Source: Octopus sinensis
Taxonomy: Eukaryota
Length of the DNA stretch: 64,000 nt
Direction: 5' to 3'
NCBI RefSeq assembly: GCF_006345805.1
Contig: NC_042998.1
Span: 188,356,001-188,420,000 of the forward strand
Below the pieces are notes generated by a model. The model was not told the DNA's origin. It did no database searches and worked only from the letters and a program-made list of their open reading frames with translations. The position numbers and the translations under genes are program-made. Shown piece after piece: positions 52,505-64,000 of this stretch. Each line of letters begins with the position of its first letter. The first letter of the stretch is position 1.

Positions 52505-52717
52505 GTTACAGCTGTTCGTTTTATAAATCAAAAGAAGAATGTACATCTCATTGCGGCCTTGGAACCATTAGCGGTCATTGTCACGTGCGGAAAGGTCTTA
52601 AACACTCCCCTACTGCTCTCTATGGAACATGCAGCCCAAATCTAGTGCACTGTCCAGATGGAATTTGTGATGATGTAGAAAGTAATCACCCTATGTTATG
52701 TCCACAAGATTGCACAT
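52505..52717 (+). CDS. Ret: Ret exon, cysteine-rich domain (YSCSFYKSKEECTSHCGLG...TCSPNLVHCPDGICDDVESNHPMLCPQDCT)
   Basis: Acceptor tatacag, donor gtaagt at 52718. Cys spacing and the TCSP, CPDG.CD and CPQDC motifs are diagnostic of Ret. Confidence 0.95.
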
Positions 52718-53516
52718 GTAAGTAGCAGTTTCTTGCTTCGTCTCTTTCCACCCCTTCCTCCTCCATTACTCTCTCTCTCTTTCTCTCACTCACTCTTTCT
52801 AACTCTCACTTTTTTCTTAGATTCTTCTTATATTTTTTACATTTGTGGGAATGATATAAATATATTTTGTCGGCATGTCATAGTCTTAAAGATTTGCTCT
52901 GGATTCTATGAGGTTAGACTTGTGTGGAAAGGTCACCAAAACTAAACCACAACATTCTGTTGAAACCCTTTCAGTCGATTATCTTGTGAACAACCTTAGG
53001 AAATATTGCACCAAGAGAAAAAACTGAATTGAAGATAAGGTAGCTTTCCATCCCAGACTAAAATGTATGCGCTATCACAGAGTTCAAGCACTAATGATAT
53101 TTGATATTACTTCCACCCTGTTAACTTGATATCCAAAAAATCTTTATTTTACAAACAAAGAGGAAATTGTTATTATCATTGCTCAAGTTGTTATAGAATT
53201 TTGTCACAGACTTCCTTAAGGTCAGATATCATTGATATCAACTTTGTGTTTGCTAAAATATAATGCTGTCATGTATAATACAGTCAAAACATTCCGCAAT
53301 TTACCTACATTTACAAAATTCTCGAAAGAAAACAAATCATGACTATTAGAGAACAGAATGATGAAAAGTCCGTTAAATTCCATACATGATCTCATTCAGT
53401 TATGATTCAGATTCAGTAGGTTCGTGATTATTCTGTCCAGGGTCCTTTTCTCGCAGACTGAATCATTGCTGAATACAGCAAAAATGTAATGTAGTATGAC
53501 ACATGATATATTTTTT

Positions 53517-53682
53517 ACGTTCTGAGTTCAAATTCCGCCGAGGTTGACTTTGCCTTTCATCCTTTCGGGGTCGATAAATTAAGTACCAGTTACACACTGG
53601 GGTCGATGTAATCGACTTAATCCGTTTGTCTGTCCTTGTTTGTCCCCTCTATGTTTAGCTCCTTGTGGGTAATAAAGAAACA
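53517..53682 (+). mobile_element. SINE family B, 5'-truncated
   Basis: tacgttctgagttcaaattccgccgagg...cttgtgggtaataaagaaa. Confidence 0.9.
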
Positions 53683-54130
53683 GATATGTTTTTATCCTGA
53701 ATTCTACATGGAACTATGTTACTGACGCTTTGATAAAACAACTACTGTATTAATTTTGAATTGTTTGACCTTCATACCTATGATCTTAGTTCTGAAAGCT
53801 GTGCATTCAACGACAGCAAATTCAACTCTGCCTAACGCTTCGTACATAAATACGAAATGCTTATTTTAACACAGTATCTTGTGAGCGACTTAGAAGTTCC
53901 GAGTAGCGGAAAACTTCGATCTGTATTCAATTCTTAGCTGTAATTATTTAACGTCACTAGCATTATTAATGCACCGGTTACTACTGAGAGTCGATGCTTT
54001 AAGTTTATTCCTTCCACAATGCAAATGATAGATAAGCTTAATCTCGTCTGGAAAAGCAGTTGGCAATCGCTTCCTTTTCTGCCTCTAGAAAAAGTTTGAC
54101 ATTAAATAAGCTATTACAATCAGTGATCCC

Positions 54131-54164
<34 letters not shown>

Positions 54165-54244
54165 CCCCTCAACAAAAATTTTGCATCCTTACACCAATGT
54201 CAAATGTCTCTGTTTAACTAATAAGGGCACTAGATTGGCAGAAA

Positions 54245-54642
54245 TATTAGTTTCAAATTTTGACACAAGACCAGCACTTTCGACTCCAGTTCTCAACTGT
54301 TACTTGTGTTATCGAGACAGAAAAATGAAAGCAAAGTCAACCTCAGCGAGATTTGAGCTTACAACGTAAAGATGGACAGAATTGCCCGACGTGATACCGA
54401 TTCTGCCAGTACGCCGCCTTAAATGTTTCAAATTTTGACACAAGGCCAATAATTTCGGGAGAAATAAATCGACCCAAGTGCTCAACTGGTACTTATTTTA
54501 TCGACTCTGAAAGGGATGAAAGGCAAAGTCGATCCCGGTGGCATTTGAACCCAGAACGTAAATACGTCCATCTTTACGATCTGGATTCAAACACCGCTAA
54601 GTATTTTGCGCGGCATGCTAACGTTTCTGCCAGCTCGCCGCA
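54245..54642 (-). mobile_element. Two adjacent older SINE-B-variant copies
   Basis: Two tttcaaattttgacacaag tails (~54250 and ~54427) and two heads (~54420 and ~54640). Confidence 0.8.
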
Positions 54643-54660
54643 TTGAGTGACAGATATATT

Positions 54661-55046
54661 CTTTTCTACTCTAGGCACAAGACCTGAATTTTTTGGGGAG
54701 GGGGCCAGTCGGTTAGATCGACCCTAGTACGCAACTGGTACTTAATGTATTGACCTCGAAAGGATGAAAGGTAAAGACGACCTCGGCGGAATTTGAACTC
54801 AGAACGTAAAGACAGCCGAAATACCTATTTCTTTACTACCCACAAGGGGCTAAACACAGAGGGGACAAACAAGGACAGACAAATGGATTAAGTCGACCCC
54901 AGTGCGTAACTGGTACTTAATTTATCGACCCCGAAAGGATGAAAGCAAAGTCGACCTGGGCGGAATTTGAACACAGAACGTAATGACAGATGAAATACGG
55001 CTACGCATTACGCCCGGCATGCTAACATTTCTGCCAGCTCGCCGCC
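54661..55046 (-). mobile_element. Dimeric SINE-B with 18-bp TSD
   Basis: ttgagtgacagatatatt at 54643-54660 and 55047-55064. Confidence 0.88.
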
Positions 55047-56427
55047 TTGAGTGACAGATATATTTAACATTCAACTAAATTCCTTATTCCGCTTTGTTAC
55101 ATTTCCCTAAGACCTCAGTTCAAATCTTTCTTGATTGTCTTTGCATTTCATCAATCCGGGTTCTGATGTAGTTCGCTACACGATATGTTCACATTCAAAT
55201 TGCTGGCCTTGTGTCAATGCAAGAAATAATTACTATCCTATATATTACTGTAGCAATAACTTTTTTTTATTGCCAATAAGCAGAGACTGTGCCGTGATTG
55301 TCCATCTTTTGCAGAACCTCTTTCAACTTGACTCACAGGGAATTATATGAAAGTCGTACTTTCCAAAATCATCTTTGAACTTATTTATAAAAGTGATCAT
55401 TATTAAAATATAAAATATAAAAATTTTACAATATACGAATTGTAGTGGACGTTCATGTTGCTAGTGTACACCCTCACTCTTATAATATATCATCCAGTAG
55501 AACTTATTCTAATATTCGTGGTTGTTGAATGTTTATTTGTTTATAAGTATTATAATCAATGATTTGATTTCCAATATTTTCATGACTTTGCTTGCAAATA
55601 TTGTTTGTTTTACTTAACATAAGAAATTATTTAAGCTGTCCCTTTTAGACTTAAGTCATGGTGGATCTACTTTTGAGCGTACCACTTGTTTATATTTTCT
55701 GTTTCTTTAATTTCTACCAGACATAACATTGAACGCTTCTTTGTCTGTTTAACATGCTTACGCAACAAGCCGTTCCCTGACAGTTGTCTAATTCTACTGA
55801 ATTTGTGAAGGTATCTGTTAAATAGATTACCGATTCTCCATTCCCAGAAACCTTGAATTAAGATACATTAACAGGTCATGCTTTCTGCAAACTTGGAATT
55901 TCTGATAAAAACAAGATATCATTTCTTCACAGTAAAAATATGAAATGAGAATGCACTGATAAAAAAAAAAAAAAAGTATTTCTACTACAAATGTAAATAG
56001 GGTTATAAATTAGTTTATCTGACCCTAAACACAGGATCCGATTAATTGGCTCACTTGAGACCAATTAAAACAACGAATCTTCTTCCCAAATTAAAAAAAA
56101 ATCTTTATGCAGCTCTACTAGCAAATGTTTCTGAAGAAATATCTACAAACATTTTTTTTACCTGAATACAAAATGTTTCGAAAACCTTGCTTTTAAATCA
56201 TATCTTGCCTTTCCTTATATCTCATCTTTTTCTCTTTTTTCCTTGTGATAAGTTATTTGCAGTATTTGACTTTAAGCAAGCATTAGATATTAATGTAGAA
56301 ATCAAAATGCCTCTTCTCTGCAAGTTGTCAGAATGCCCTGTATCGTTTTAATTATTTTGTAAATAATATTTTTTTCTTGGATCTCTTACGATATTTTGCT
56401 TTTGGTCAAGCAAAATTTATATTTATA

Positions 56428-56810
56428 CTAGCAGTATCGCCCGGCGTTGCTCGGGTTTGTAAGGGAAATAACTATATAAGCATTTTTAGAGAGTTATAGC
56501 CAAAAAATAGCCAAAAAATGCATTAAAAATGGTAAATTTTTTTAAATCGTTGACTCATCGTAGACATTTTTAGAGAGTTACTTCCCTTATATAATAGCGA
56601 AAAAAATGCATTAAAATGGAAAAAAATGATGTTAAATTATTTTTTAAATCGTAGACTCATCGTAGACGCGCGCTAATACCCAGAAGGGCTCGATATGAAT
56701 CACGACTATAAGATACCCGGTTTTGGTTAAACTGCACCGCAAAATGTGGGAGTAGTTAGGAATCTAAATCGTAGGAGACAGACACACAACCTCTCTTTTA
56801 TATATAAAGA
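56428..56810 (-). mobile_element. Non-autonomous Helitron
   Basis: A|TC...hairpin cccgagcaacgccggg...CTAG|T; same family as 9731-10127. Confidence 0.87.
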
Positions 56811-56868
56811 TATATAAAAAAAAACACAATTCTTTTTGTATTACATTCAATTTGCATTTTTATTTCAG

Positions 56869-57036
56869 TAAAAAATGTTAACGGAGGTTCACTGAATACA
56901 AAATACAAGCCACCAAAGGGTATTAAGCAAGCTGGTGGGTGGTGTTCGTGTGATACATCTGGCTCTTGTACCTGCAAAACACCACCACCTCCATCACCTC
57001 CTTCACCACCAAAGAAGAAACCTATTACTGAGGCAT
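56869..57036 (+). CDS. Ret: Ret exon, end of CRD plus Pro-rich linker (LKNVNGGSL...PKGIKQAGGWCSCDTSGSCTCKTPPPPSPPSPPKKKPITEA)
   Basis: Acceptor tatttcag, donor gtaagt at 57037; 168 nt, phase 1-1. KGIK..G.CSC....CTC resembles RET RGIKAGYGTCNC....CFC. Confidence 0.9.
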
Positions 57037-57162
57037 GTAAGTTGAACACAAACTCTTTATTTCTTATGCAAATAATATAAAACTGAGCAGTCACAATGAA
57101 GCTGATTGCAGTGAAGTGACCAAAGGCAATAATGATTACAACAATGATAACGATTATATTAT

Positions 57163-57523
57163 TTTACTCTTTTACTCTTTTACTTGTTTCAGTCATTTGA
57201 CTGCGGCCATGCTGGAGCACCGCCTTTAGTCGAGCAACTCGACCCCGAGACTTATTCTTTGTAAGCCCAGTACTTATTCTATTGGTTTCTTTTGCCGAAC
57301 CGCTAAGTGACGGGGACATAAACACACAGACACACAAACACACACATATATACATATATACGACGGGCTTCTTTCAGTTTCCGTCTACCAAATTAACTCA
57401 CAAGGCTTTGGTCGACCCGAGGCTATAGTAGAAGACACTTGCCCAAGATGCCACGCAGTGGGACTGAACCCGGAACCATGTGGTTGGTAAGCAAGCTACT
57501 TACCACACAGCCACTCCTGCGCC
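57163..57523 (-). mobile_element. SINE family A with an internal deletion
   Basis: Homology to other copies. Confidence 0.9.
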
Positions 57524-58635
57524 TTATTAGCATTTCAATTCTATATTTTTGGTATGAGATCAGGCATGTGTGACACTAAGAAGCTAGCTTCGTAGCCACG
57601 TGGTTTCAGGTTCTATCTCACTGTGCAGCACCTTACACAACTACCTTCGAGCCATAACTTAGGGTTAAACAAAGCCTTGCAGTTTTTGCTGTCAAAAAAT
57701 ACAGAAGTCCGTTGTACTAGAAAATACAAACACATTCTCACTTACACACTCATTCACACATACAGACTCATACACAGAAACACACACATACTCACACATA
57801 TACAACTCAGCGTGAATCAGATGGACTGAAGTAAGTCTAAATACAAGAAAGTGAATCTGCGAGAGAAACTGCATTGTTTAACATATACTTTATTTAAGAA
57901 TGTAGGTATGATATTATCTGTGGGAAATTAGCTGCTATTTCCAGCCATTCAAGTGACCATCTAGCAGCTCCTTTGCTGGACACTGTGAGCCTCTAGCATA
58001 CACTGAGATTACTTTGCAGGAGGGAAAATATTATGAGGCAACGAGCGACACATAAGGCTGGCCAGAAGACATTCTTTTCCATCAGTAAACAACACACCAC
58101 ACGCACACGGGGTCGCGTAGACACCCTGTGCATCTCAGCCACTTTCTATCTGTTTATCTTCCTCTCTCTCCCTCTCTGTCTCTGGCTGCCTGTCTCTCCC
58201 TCTTTCTCTCTCTCTCACACACACATACGCACACACTTCCACTCTCTCTTGTTTCTAAGAGGCGGTGTAACAAATGAGTTATTTCTATATCATTACACCA
58301 AAGACACGTTGGTGCAAGAAGCGGTGTGTTATAGAAGTTACTTAAGGAGGTTGTGATAGGAGGTAACCGAATGTGCTGGCAGCGTTTTAGTTACATATAT
58401 AAACTTACACCAGCTAACGTTTACATCATATTGCGATACGATTAGTTGAAAACGTTTGCTTTAGGGCCTGTTTACTTTCAGATTATTGTTTCAGCTCTTG
58501 ATCTCTTTACATTGTTTTCTTCGCTCTTCCTCTTGTAATCAATCATCTTTTTTGTTATTTTATTTTACCATCTACTTAAGTCATAAGAGAAGTAACAGGC
58601 CTCAAATAATATCGCTTTTAAAGTAGTATAATTCA

Positions 58636-59022
58636 CAAGCCGTGTCGCCCGGCGTTGCTCGGGTTTGTAAGGGAAATAACTATATAAGCATTTTTAGATA
58701 GTTATAGCCAAAAAATAGCAAAAAATGGAAAAAAATGATGGTAATTTTTTTTAAATCGTTGACTCATCGTAGACATTTTTAGAGAGTTACTTCCCTTATA
58801 TAATGGCGAAAAAAATGCATTAAAATGGAAAAAAATGATGGTAATTTTTTTTTTTAATCGTAGAATCATCGTAGACGCGCGCTAATACCCAGAAGGGCTC
58901 GATATGAATCACGACTATAAGATACCCGGTTTTGATTAAACTGCACCGCAAAATGTGGGAGTAGTTAGGAATCTAAATCGTAGGAGACAGACAGCACACA
59001 ACTTGACTTTTATATATAAAGG
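58636..59022 (-). mobile_element. Non-autonomous Helitron with mutated termini
   Basis: Same family as the other two copies; terminal CTAG and TC are altered. Confidence 0.82.
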
Positions 59023-60818
59023 TTTCATGAGAGTGATTAAATTATACATTTTGATGTATACATTGATGTATTAGATATGTGGGCCAAATTTGAAAATTAA
59101 TTCTTGATAAGGTTTGTATTAGTTATTTTATGGTGTCTAAGTTTAGTGTCTCAATAACATTTTAAACATTACAGCATCCAGGTGCTTTTCATATCACCAG
59201 AGATGATAAATATAAGCAATTCAAGCTATGTTATTTATCATAGTGAGGTCAAATCCAGTCAAAAGATTCTGTTGGCTTTATTGTTTAAGGTATTTAATTG
59301 GTTTTTAAGTCTATTTTTAGATGGCGAAAAAATGTTTTTTCGTAAGTTACGTACAGTTTACTGTGGAGGCGTAATGGCCCAGTGGTTACGGCAGCTGGCT
59401 CTCGGACGGAGGATCGCGTTTCGATTGCCAGACCTAGTGTAATTTAGATAATTCAATATACATTTTTTCTTTAATAAGTATAGTGACCACACTGTTCTTT
59501 GTAGCAACTAGGGCGGGGTTACTTTTTAAGATGCTTTTCTCCACAGTCAAGGTACTTTCAGAAGTATATATATATATGATTTTGATTTTGATTTTTGATT
59601 TTTCCAGTTTCAGCTAATGAGCTGTGGCCATGCTGGGGCACCGACATTTACATATATATAAAAAAAACATAAACATATGGAAGTAAGTATTACAGATAAA
59701 AAAAAAAACACTTAATAGAAACATGCTTATGATAGCCTGAAACTTTCCACAAATGAACAAATATCTGCATATTAAAAAAAATCTTTCCAACTTTTGCAAA
59801 TGCTATTTCACATATCAGCGAGTGTGATGTATCACTTTTTACTTATCTTGTACTTCATGAAATATTTCCCTATTGTGTAATTCGACCCAGCAGTTTTGAT
59901 TTCACTTTAGTTCCGTGCGTGATGTCCATAAAATAGAAAAGAATATCAATCTCATTCTACCTTAAAGTGTAAACCATAGCTGCTTCGTAAGAACTCCTCG
60001 TATACGATTCATAAAATTGAAATAAATTTGAGCACACACTTATAATGTTTCTACGTTTTATCATAATCGCATTTTTTAATATTAACAATACCTTTTGTTT
60101 TAAAAATTGCTGCTTGTCTACAGTTCTAAGCTTTTGGAATTCTTAATCCGGTGCGAGGCATCTAGACTTAAATCAATGCGAAAACTATTGAGCAAAATTT
60201 TGTTCATGACTGAACGGATTTTCGGTATTAAAGGCTATGCTACATACAACCTCATGGTAACAGCCTTTATTTTAACCTGTAAGAACAAAGATAATTTGAG
60301 GAGTCAAATCTTGATAAAATGCAACATAATAAGTCTTAAATCATTATTCATTTACCCCCATCCCACAGTTTACTTTAATTTTCAGCATTTACTTCTGGTT
60401 AACGGTGAAGGTAATTTACATTATTAAGACATCAGTTTTTGTGTTTATAGCCTGTAATTCATTGTTCGAACTTTCAAGAATGTATTTGTGCTTGCTGTAG
60501 GTTAAACTAACTTATTGGATACACGCCTGATGTTAATCTCATCGACAAAAGACTCCTCGTATAGCAGTTAAATATATCTGAAAATAAATTTACTGACCCT
60601 GCAACATGAATTTCTAGCCCCGTAGCAGTTGGAGAAAATACATAAAGAATTGATATCAGTTCAGTACTTCTATCTATTGTAATGAAATCCATCTCGGAGA
60701 TGAAACGAAGCGATAAATTTTTATCAGTCTCACTGTATTTGTTTACGACATCGAAAGTGACTTCTGATATCTATTACAATATATGAAATATTTGAATATG
60801 ACTATTATTGTTTTGTAG

Positions 60819-60920
60819 CAATGGAATGTAACTGTGATCGAGATGTAAAGATATACCCTAGGCAGTCGACGTTTGCAACACCATCATTAAATGACACAAA
60901 CAACAAACCAATAAATCGAG
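60819..60920 (+). CDS. Ret: Probable Ret stalk exon (SMECNCDRDVKIYPRQSTFATPSLNDTNNKPINR)
   Basis: Acceptor ttttgtag, strong donor gag|gtaaga at 60921; 102 nt, phase 1-1, open in the expected frame. No homology support. Confidence 0.62.
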
Positions 60921-61436
60921 GTAAGAATACTATTGATTAGTGATTAAGTTTTGCCTAAATTCTTTTTCTATAAAATATTTGGCATATGTGTGCATTTGTA
61001 ATGAATATGAATACGTTAAAACATGCATACTGTCAAAAATTCTTTAGAATATATATGATGACGAAAATACTTGCCATTGAAATTCTTCATTGAAATTTAA
61101 CATGAGTAAGATTGCTGTTTCTTATACCAACCGATGCCTAGTTTATTATGGCCGTGTGCCTCTTTCGCGATTCTTTAACTCAATCAATATCTTTATTTAT
61201 TTGGTGTTCCAGAATATTTACTCTCTTATACATTGAATTATATTTTTCCCATCAAGTTATACCGATTAAAGTTTTCTTTGCTTCCATAGAATTCAATAAT
61301 TGCAAGAAATCATTAGACATGCTGACTTAATCTATATATTCAATCAAACGAACCGAGAAACCTTTCATAAACTTAGTTACATAATTTCTTCATATCATTA
61401 AGAATTTCAACTATTAAATACATTTAAAAGTACTTA

Positions 61437-61844
61437 GGCGCAGGAGTGGCTGTGTGGTAAGTAGCTTGTTTACCAACCACATGGTTTCGGGTTCAGTCCC
61501 ACTGCGTGGCACCTTGGGCAAGTGTCTTCTGCTATAGCCTCGGGCCGACCAAAGCCTTGTGAGTGGATTTGGTAGACGGAAACTGAAAGAAGCCCGTCGT
61601 ATATATGTATATATATGTATGTGTGTTTGTGTGTCTGTGTTTGTCCCCCTAGCATTGCTTGACAACCGATGCTGGTGTGTTTACGTCCCCGTTACTTAGC
61701 GGTTCGGCAAAAAGAGACCGATAGAATAAGTACTGGGCTTACAAAGAATAAGTCCCGGGGTCGAGTTGCTCGACTAAAGGCGGTGCTCCAGCATGGCCGC
61801 AGTCAAATGACTGAAACAAGTAAAAAAGTAAAAGAGTAAAGAGT
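61437..61844 (+). mobile_element. SINE family A, full length
   Basis: Homology to other copies. Confidence 0.93.
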
Positions 61845-62027
61845 AATCGAACTTGGCGACTAAGTAGACATACGAAGAGAATCGGTAAACTATTATCATT
61901 ATTTTTTGCTTCCTCCTCAGAAATAGGGTGTTCTCCTGGTCATTGTTGCCTAAAGATTGGGAATCTACTTGCTTGAAAAATCTTTCAAACTAAGATACAA
62001 TACTTTTCAAAAAACGTTTCATATATA

Positions 62028-62418
62028 GGCGCAGGAGTGGCTGTGTGGTAAGTAGCTTGCTAACCAGCCACATGGTTCCGGGTTCAGTTCCACAGCGTGG
62101 CACCTTGGACAAGTGTCTTCTGCTATAGCCCCGGGCTGACCAATGCCTTGTGAGTGGATTTGGTAGACGGAAACTGAAAGAAGCCCGTCGTATATATGTA
62201 TATATATATATGTGTGTGCGTGTATGTTTGTGTGTCTGTGTTTGCCCCCCTAGCATTGCTTGACAACCGATGCTGGTGTGTTTACGTCCCCGTCACTTAG
62301 CGATTCGGCAAAAGAGACCGATAGAATAAGTACTGGGCTTACAAAAGAAGAGTTGCTCGATTAAAGGCGCGGTGCTCCAGCATGGCCGCAGTCAAATTAC
62401 TGAAACAAGTAAAAGAGT
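62028..62418 (+). mobile_element. SINE family A
   Basis: Homology to other copies. Confidence 0.92.
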
Positions 62419-63495
62419 ATATATACGTTTCACCTTATCTTCCTGTTTTACTGTTATATTAAACTTGTTTACTACAATTTTTAATTTTAAAAGATGGTGC
62501 TAGCAGTAACTAAAGAATGTAAAGTCTTCTATAGGGGGGTAACACTTTGAGTCACCAACTGAAAAGTTCATAAATATTGATGATTATTTGCATCGGTGCA
62601 AACTAGAGACTATCCCTACCGTCATGTGCATGCTTCGTTGTTATTCAACCAAACTTAGTCTTCATAACTAGTGAGAGAAGAAGGAAGAATAGAATAAATA
62701 AACATCAAAGTTTAGGCAAGAAAACAACTTAGATAAAAAAAAAAAAGGGAGCCACATAAATATATATAAACAGTGTAAGAGTGGGAAGAGAGTCATGAGG
62801 AGATAATGAAGAAATTCGTTAAATCCTAATGTAGAAACACAATTATGTTGTTTATGTTAGTATATTTTAAGGCCAATGTTAAACGAAGGTAATTCTCATA
62901 ATAAAGTGTCATCTTTCTAACAAGAAACTGCTCTTAGTTATTTCGGCGTATATCTTACTTTTGATTTGGTATTTGTTTCTAAATCTAGATATGTTCCCTA
63001 ACGGATTCAACAAGATAATTAACTATGGCAGCTAAATATGTATTTACATTAGGTTAGGTGATCTAGAAATTAGTCGAGGAACTCACACAGTGTTATACAA
63101 GCCTCCTACCTCTTCCGTGGCGCAAAGGGATACTTATAGTTTGCCTCTGATGTGTATTAATGCATGCAAATAAGCTATTCATCCATCCTTTGCTGAAAGG
63201 GTATTTCTAATTCCCAAAGCAGTAATAGAAACCATAGGTTTAATCACTAAATAGCATATCAACTAACAAAATACTTGCAATCTCATTCCTATGTGACCTT
63301 TTAATCCAATTACTAGAAGAGAAATGCTTAATAGGGAACTCAAAAGAGATGAGCTGTAACAACAATGGCACCTATTTACAATTAACCAGACAAAGATGAA
63401 AAGAATTAAGTGTCTTGACACTGATGACAGAATATTAAGTGTGACTGCATACAAGAGTATTAAATATACCGATAATATATATATATATATATGTA

Positions 63496-63720
63496 CTCTT
63501 TTTACTCTTTTACTTGTTTCAGTCATTTAACTGTGGGCATGATGGAGCACCGCCTTTAGTCGAGCAAATCGACCGCAGGACTTATTCTTTGTAAGCCTAG
63601 TACTTATTCTATCGGTCTCTTCTGCCGAACCGCTAAGTTATGGGGGTGTAAACACCAGCATCGGTTGTCAAGCAATGTTGAGGTGACAAACACAGACGCA
63701 CAAACATATACACACACATA
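63496..63720 (-). mobile_element. SINE family A, 3' half only
   Basis: Tail and 3' domain are present; the head is absent. Confidence 0.85.
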
Positions 63721-64000
63721 CATACAAACATACATATATATATGTATGTGTATATATATATATATGTATATATATGTATGTATGTATAAATAATTATCAT
63801 TAGGGTTCAGCTAACTGCTTCACCACATACCGAAATTAGAAATAGGAGTTTAAAATTCCTTTCCTACAACTATAATAATCTCTCTGACGGTAAACATACT
63901 TTTTTACAAAAGCAAAAAGAAAAACAATGAATCAACACGATCAGGATTAATTATATACGCGTTTCGAGATTAAAGTAATTCAAATTTTACTTTCTTCTCT

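Larger units (their letters stand above)
5235..60920 (+). other. Ret: Partial Ret receptor tyrosine kinase gene (ectodomain exons, about 563 codons; 5' and 3' ends not in window)
   Basis: Nine AG/GT-bounded exons join with phases 1-1,1-0,0-1,1-0,0-0,0-1,1-1,1-1,1-1 and no stops. The peptide matches recalled human RET motifs in the same order (LCF..EN, LDRE..CTVH..DEDD, SRRARRFAQ, TCSP..CPDG.CD.VE....CPQDC, RGIK..G.C.C..C.C). Confidence 0.92.

Noticed and set aside
56895-56925. Suspected frameshift in the CRD-end exon
   Set aside because: A base recount, cross-checked with the minus-strand ORF track, shows one continuous frame.
1803-62256. Recurrent ORFs such as MSSNARGTN.., MFRTGLGL.., ..DERQSRPRRNLNS
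   Set aside because: They are chance frames through SINE copies, not a protein family.
600-63800. Many 60-125 aa ORFs rich in YI/HT/VC/MYVC/PTYL repeats
   Set aside because: They are translations of microsatellites, with no splice or homology support.
60921-64000. Ret transmembrane exon
   Set aside because: No + strand phase-1 exon encoding a hydrophobic helix was found; the hydrophobic ORF at 63263-63526 is on the minus strand and starts in a SINE.

Overview
AT-rich, repeat-dense eukaryotic DNA. The SINE, microsatellite and transposon content points to an octopus (coleoid cephalopod) genome; this is inferred from repeat style, not proven. The whole window appears to lie inside one + strand gene, an orthologue of the receptor tyrosine kinase Ret. 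Nine small exons (5235-5531, 15760-16019, 20153-20345, 29245-29354, 43617-43721, 47697-47937, 52505-52717, 56869-57036, 60819-60920) splice with compatible phases into about 563 stop-free codons. These cover cadherin-like domains (Ca2+ motifs EEN, LNRE, DVDDNPP, DRD), the Ret cysteine-rich domain and an unusual Pro-rich, Cys-containing stalk. The signal peptide, most of CLD1, the TM helix and the kinase were not found and presumably lie outside the window. Introns hold many copies of two tRNA-like SINE families, three non-autonomous Helitrons, mariner and Tc1 fossils, R4/Dong-like, CR1, L1/Tx1-like and Penelope-like fragments, foldback DNA and microsatellites. I found no clearly new biological system. 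Best leads: the Ret stalk and Cys-changing splice options, a near-canonical hammerhead ribozyme fold antisense in intron DNA, a SINE-anchored 572-bp tandem triplication, and a chimeric R4 element. Repeat boundaries are approximate (by eye).
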